A stretch of 64,000 nt of DNA from Eimeria praecox. Taxonomy: Eukaryota. Made by a program: the position numbers and the translations under genes. This document shows, piece by piece, positions 58,101 to 64,000 of this stretch (the stretch's first letter is position 1; every line of letters begins with the position of its first letter). The stretch covers positions 3,224,001-3,288,000 of the forward strand of contig OY986947.1 in the NCBI GenBank assembly GCA_963920595.1. The letters run 5' to 3'. Under the pieces are notes generated by a model. The model ran no database searches and was not told where the DNA came from. It was given only the letters and a program-made list of their open reading frames with translations.

Positions 58101-59617
58101 GTAGCAACTTTGTGTAGCAACGAAAATGGTGAAATTAGGGGAGCCACATACGTTGCAAATCATCCTTATTAACTGCGAACGGGCTTTCAAACATGGGCTC
58201 CTTGAGGCGCGCGAGGAGCGGTGGCACGCCCTGCGCGTAGAACACAGAGCAGCGGAACTCAGCATCCGAATCCCTTGAACAGCAACCCTGCCTGCGCATG
58301 CAAGCTAAGATTCCTTCCGTTCGGCTACCCTGAAGACCTGGAATTACGCCAGTTACAGTGCAAGCCTCTGTATCAGCCCACAGCATTTCTATCTCCCCAG
58401 CAACCCTCGTCCCGTCCAGCAGAGCTGAATTAGGATTCAACGATGGCATACCTCATGTGTCTTCTTAACCTCCTTCACAGCAGCTGGAGGTTCTGCTGTC
58501 GGTTGCGGTGTAGTAGTAGGTGTCGGTTGCGGTGTAGTAGAAGGTGTCGGTTGCGGTGTAGTAGTAGGTGTCGGTTGCAGTGTAGTAGTAGGTGTCGGTT
58601 GCGGTGTAGTAGTAGGTGGAGGCTTGACGTCTTGTTCGGCCTTGGCTTGCTCTGCTTTATCCTGTGGTTCAACTTCGGCCGTCGGGGGCACGGGCACCTC
58701 CTGCTGCGGCAGCTTATCTTCCCTCGCAGGAGGATGTCCTGCATCAACTGGAGCCTTATCCTCAGCTGCCTCCTGTGTCTCGGGTTGCTTCTGCGGGCCC
58801 TTCTCAGACTCACGAACTACCTCCTTCGGTGCCTGAATTTCGTGTACTGGAGAGGGCTCTGCACCCACTGAAGGCACATCTACCGTCCCCTTTGTGCTCA
58901 CGCGTTCACCATCAGGATCCTTTGGCGGCGAGGGCACCTCCTGCTTCGTTGTTTTAATTTCCTCCGAAGCGGAAACTCCTGCATTCACAATGGGATCCTT
59001 CGCTGTTTCGACAGGTGTTTCTGGAGACGGAAGTACATCATCATCTCCATCTTCACTGAATGTTTCTAATTCATCATCTGACTCCGAAAAATCCTCCTCG
59101 TTGTCAGCACCAAACTGGGGTTCCAAATTTGCTGCCGCAGGTACCTCCTGCACCGCCTTTGGCTCTTCCGGACTGTCGGGCTTGGGAACATCTAAAACCA
59201 GAATGGGCACAGGTAAGCAAGGGAGCGAACTATCAGCACGGCTGGAAAACACAAAACACTAGCGCAGGAGACGGCTAACCAGCAGCCTCTAAGGTGCATC
59301 AATGGATTCTCAAGCAACCCCCTTTCTGATAGCCTCCACTCACCATCATCTCGTGGCGTTATTCCTCCAGCCTTTGAAGGGGTTAATAGCTCGCTCTTTC
59401 CTAGCTGAACGTGAGCAATGAGAGCTACCACGACAAATATGGCCAATAAGAGGTTCAATAGCACGCCATTAAACCTTGTGGATCCCTTAGCATACTCTGA
59501 TGTGCGGGAAATCGTTGAAGAGTCGACTGACGATGACTCGGTTTCGGTGCTCCCCGTCTCCGATTCCTCCACGCCCACTTCTGCTTCTTCCACCGGTGAC
59601 AACTGCTCTTCTGTCAT
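55144..59617 (-). pseudogene. Single-pass membrane protein gene of the repeat-domain family (locus B): 5' exons intact (59344..59617, 58452..59191), remainder broken by frameshifts and stops
   Basis: Acidic N-terminus, TM helix GVLLNLLLAIFVVVALIAHV, phase-1 intron at 59192-59343 and a Pro/Glu/Thr stalk. About 3.3 kb of protein-like ORF fragments follow in shifting frames (58135-58449, 57969-58265, 57591-57896, 57114-57350, 56854-57096, 55144-55635). Confidence 0.65.
58497..58616 (-). repeat. 24-bp coding minisatellite x5 encoding PTTTPQPT (mucin-like)
   Basis: Directly visible and in frame within ORF 58437..59252. Confidence 0.95.
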
Positions 59618-60699
59618 TGTGCCTATATCCTGACACGCAGACAGCTCCGCCTTCCAACGCTAGGGGGGACGCGGCGTTGCTGCAGCTGCTACTAAGCAGA
59701 GGGGGAAAAAAGCTGCAGAGTCACAGAGGGTGCAGCATCTGGCCCAACGCCAGATACCTCGAGGCCAACTGGATTGCGTTAAGGAAAGCAATGACCAGAC
59801 TTTCACCACTTGTTTCCTCAGCTGCTACCGCAGCAAATGCAGAAATAGGAACCCGATCAGCAGCTGCTGCTGAATTCTGTAGCTTGCCAATCAACTCACT
59901 GAGGCCACCCGCTGTTACAGTGAATACGCGTTGGCATGTGAACAACTGTTGCTCTCTAGCGCAGCCGATGCACAGTGTGTAAGGGCTTCACAAACGGAGG
60001 CAATTAAAGCAGAGAATCCGTGCCTTTTGGGGCATAGTGCTGCCAAATGTTATCTTGGAGGGGCGACATCCCCCGGAGCCGACGATGGAGTCAGAACCAT
60101 GGCACATAAGGGTACAGATATTATTTCAACAGCTCTATAGATGAACCGGAACCATGATGTGCCGATGGATATTCAGCTGTTTACTATACTCATGCAATCG
60201 ATCACAGAGCCCTGGCTTCCGTTCCCGCTGTACTGAGAGGCAGCAGATCGATGGCAAAAGCACCCACAGGACTTTTGGCTAGCAGCGAAGATTAGTGTTA
60301 TAAAAGTGAAAAAGAGGTCTAATACTTCGATGCATTTAACGTTGTTAATACAGCCGGTACATTATTTCGGTGACAAGCATTGCCGTTCCCCGCGCAGCTC
60401 AGCTCAACGCTGAATGCTGGCGGACCCCAAAAGGCGAGGAACGGAATGTGAACGGGCAGTATCAACGAACTTCGGTCAAGTCATGGCTATTTCCCACAAT
60501 ATATTACTTGAAAATATAGTGTTTGGATATTCGTCGCTTAACAACACATAATTGGAAACAGGAAACCGTTACAGATCATCCATGCCTCACGAATATATAT
60601 GTGGCGCGTGGCGACGTATGCCGAGAGTACGTCGATGCATCTGCAGTTGTTTGATTCATATATATTCGCGTGCATATTAGTTGTTGGCATCCAAGTATT

Positions 60700-63100
60700 T
60701 TAACAGCGCTCGCAGAGCATGCATGTAAGGGGGGAGGGAGAACCCCCGCCGTAGCAAGGCCTGCTGGATGCTGAACTCTACCTCCAACCGGCCACAGGCT
60801 GACTCTGGAGAGGGGTGTACATGCTACAAGGCAGCCTACACTGCGGTCTACGATGCTACTGCGTGTAACAAAGGGTAAAATGGTTGTGCGTGCATGTGGG
60901 ACTGCCTTGTAGCACCAGCTGCAGCAAGGCAGGCCAGCCGTGTGCTCACATGCTCCAGGCTCTTGGGCAGCTGTTCAAAGCACTCCTCGAGGATGGACGT
61001 GGATTGAAATGCTGCTTCAGATCGCTTTTCTGTAGGTCTTTAACTCCTTTCCAGTTCGGTAGTGTAGATTGCTCTGCATGATGTTGGTACTCGTATCCCT
61101 ACTCGCAGACCCCTGCTTGCAGGCTGCTTGTGGAGGATCAAGTAAGTGATTAAAGACAGTCTACACTACAGCCTACAGCACTAGCGCGTGCAGCGAAGGG
61201 GCTTTGATTGTGCGTGCATGTGAGACTGCACTGCAGCACTACCTGCAGGAAGATGCGTCCACTGTGTCCTCACCAGCCCCAGCCTTGCGGTAGGTGTGCA
61301 CAGGGCGCCTTGCCGTCGGCGGAGTGGTTATCTGCCTTTCACAAACTTTTCCTTCAAATATTTGACGCTATTGCAGCTCATGTTTCCCCTCCGATATGAT
61401 CGAGGACCCGCTTTAAACGTGGTAGCACAGCATGGCCCATCAGAGCAGGTGTGTGAGCTGCAACGGAACACGCTGCGTCGGGAAGTAACAGTTATGGGTG
61501 AAAAGAAATCCAATGGTGAACTTAAGGCTTCTATGTAGTTGCTTCATAGCGGAGTTTTCCACCAGAGGGAGACAGTGCACAGCCGGCTGGCCGATGATAC
61601 GGAATTAAGGCGTGAAACAGTCGAAGTCATAGAGAAGAAGAAGCATCTCCGAATTAAAGAAAAGAAGAATTCCGCTTCCACCCCCCCAGCTGAAAAGGGA
61701 AAAAGCGGGACTGGAAGCGGCCAAGATTTAGTGTTTTTAAATACTCGGGCTGTGAATGCCAGACAAGCCAATAAAGGCATTAGAAGTTAGCGAAATGGAT
61801 CCCCAGAGTGCGGAAAGGGCGTACCGAGTTGCGTATCTGCCTCCTTTGCAAAAATAAGGTCACATGATTCGAGATAGCAGTGGCATGAAAAGAAGCTAAG
61901 GAGCTTTTTTTCATGCACGAATTCAAGCAGCGCCTCCAGCAGAGCAAACAAAACCATCGGGGGAACGTTCGATTTTCCACGGAGCGCGCGACACAGCGAT
62001 ATGGCCAAAGAGGTGAGAGCCATACCGGAAGGTCCTCGTCGGTCCAGTTCAGCGCTTATGCAAGTTCGTGTTAACGGTCAGTAGTTGATAGAGCTACGAG
62101 GTACGGTATGCTAAGCGGAACAAATATCTGAAGCCTCGGCAAGGAGTTGCAGCCTGCCAGGTTCATTCGTTGACGGAGACCCCTCGACTACATTTTGCGG
62201 ATGGCAGAAAGGGTGCCAGAATTGGTCAAACAATGGGCGTAAAATGCGAACTCTATTCAGATATGGGCCATACTAGTGTGACCGGGGACCTCTATTATGA
62301 ACAAGTCCACCACTACATAGTCCTAGGCATGTCGTAGGCGACTCAAAGGGGGAGGGCACGCTTGTGCTGACGAGTAGGGAAACTCAATAGAATCAGCTGT
62401 ATATGGTGATAAGATTCGTAAATACTGGTCATTAAAAATAGGTGCATTGTAAACCAAAGTATTCACAAACTTGGGATACTAGAACAGCATAGAGCATTCA
62501 TTGCCGGAGCCTCAAAACGACATTAGCGGGGTATTTAGGCGGCGAAGCGATGAGAGTGTGCGCCTTACACGCCTCAAATAAGACTGCACCGCCGCGCATC
62601 CACGAAGGCTTGCATAGTTCTGTTGTGCTTTGGGAGGTCGGGATCCTTGCTCAGATGCAGCCGCCATCGTCGTGCTTCCCCTTCTAATAGAGAAGATGCC
62701 AGTGCCAAATATAAGTAAGTTCCGATAAATTTTGAAGACATCGATGCAAGCCAAGGAAGCCAAACTCCTCCATTGCGTAGCGGCAGCCCTCACATCTGAA
62801 TAGGCGGCAGATGCGGTGGCATTTTTGACGAGTTTCTCTTGGTAATGATTCAGTTTTGGCCGGAAGAGTTGCGAAAGTCGACCTCGTTTCTGCTCGGCGA
62901 GGCGCCGGACGGTGGGTCGCCTCCATACTCAGCGAAAAATCATTATCATTCTGCTATGCAAAAAGAAAGGTTGAACTTTTGGCTGTCCTTCGAAAAAAGT
63001 GCCAGGGCGTTTTGTTTTTCAATTTTTTCGTGTTCACCAGTTGTTGCTATGCGCGAGGCTCCTATGCTGTCGCGGGTGTAGAGGGCGGGAGGCGAGGGGT
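60700..63100 (+). pseudogene. Decayed fragment of the same repeat-domain family (locus C), with a diverged direct repeat of about 324-bp period (60831-61083 vs 61156-61402)
   Basis: TTGTGCGTGCATGTG recurs at 60884 and 61208. Translations are LRSTMLLRVTKGKMVVRACGTAL*HQLQQGR and LQPTALAR/SEGALIVRACETALQHYLQED. The extent beyond 61.4 kb is uncertain. Confidence 0.6.
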
Positions 63101-64000
63101 TCGTCGTTCATACCTGCCTTGATGAATGGTGCGGCGCTACCATGAATGGCATGAGTCCTCGATCTGCTATAGGCTGCCGTGAGCTGCTACAGTCAAGGAC
63201 AAAGGAAGAGTTCGCAAAAAGCAGCTGATCTTCCCTCCAGTGTCATGAGCTTAGCTTCCCAAGGACATGGACTGGTGGATACAGGGGTAAGCATTTCTTG
63301 GGTTGCAGCCCACCTTCCTGCACCCAGTGCTGCAGGGCAGCGGTGCATGCACACACGCCCAACGCCCCTATTTTGCGTGCGCCAGCACTGTAGACTGCAG
63401 TGTTTACTGTCCTTAATCACTTACTTGATTGCCACTAGTCACTTGCTGGGTCCTCCCTAGTCAGCCCGCAAGTAAAAGTTGGTGTGACTACCAAAATAGT
63501 CAAGGTTTCACGTGAGCATGCTTCCCTGGCTATGCTCCTACGCAGTACTGGAGCCAGGTTAACTCCGCTAAAGTACTCATGATGGGCCCATCGAAGTGGG
63601 ATTAAGCTTCTGGAGTTTAATCATTGCCTTCCCCAATCAGAAAATACTCTGCGAGCCACGCTGTGGAGTTGTATGCAAACAAAACAAATAAAAAACATTA
63701 GAAACTAATAGCTTGCAGCTGTTAGTTTCTAACAGCTACAAGCAAATCCAAGGGTTCGTCTTCCACTGCACTTCAAAAATTACAAACAATATGGTTTTCA
63801 CAAAACGGGGGCAACATAATTCGCATTTTTAGGGGAGGAGTGCAATATGAACGAACAATGCCTGCTGCGAGCATGGATGTGCTGTCGCCCGTGCCAATTG
63901 CTACACGGCTTCTTGGTGAACCCGCTGTTTTCGCTTATGCACTATTGGGGTAAGGAAAAGCCTTATACTAAGGTTAATATGATAATAAAGAAAGATGACA

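Overview
This is eukaryotic DNA from a coccidian apicomplexan, almost certainly Eimeria: it has CAG/CTG trinucleotide repeats, interstitial AAACCCT telomere-like heptamers, TGCATGCA octamers and GT-AG introns. Bases 1-22.6 kb form a repeat-rich segment holding the 3' end of a gene, a 5-exon HAD-like/riboflavin-kinase fusion gene, a candidate micro-exon gene, a single-exon HPR/RAP-type protein gene and a 10-exon conserved hypothetical gene. From about 22.6 kb the sequence switches abruptly to a repeat-poor, gene-poor segment. It contains scrambled Ty3/gypsy chromovirus relics, a young 293/302-bp tandem array, two hypothetical spliced genes, and three decayed loci that appear to share one unrecognised ~100-aa protein repeat domain. 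The most interesting observation is that the 293-bp satellite unit is one period of that coding domain repeat, amplified inside a pseudogene. All gene models and alignments were made by eye and need RNA-seq or homology confirmation.
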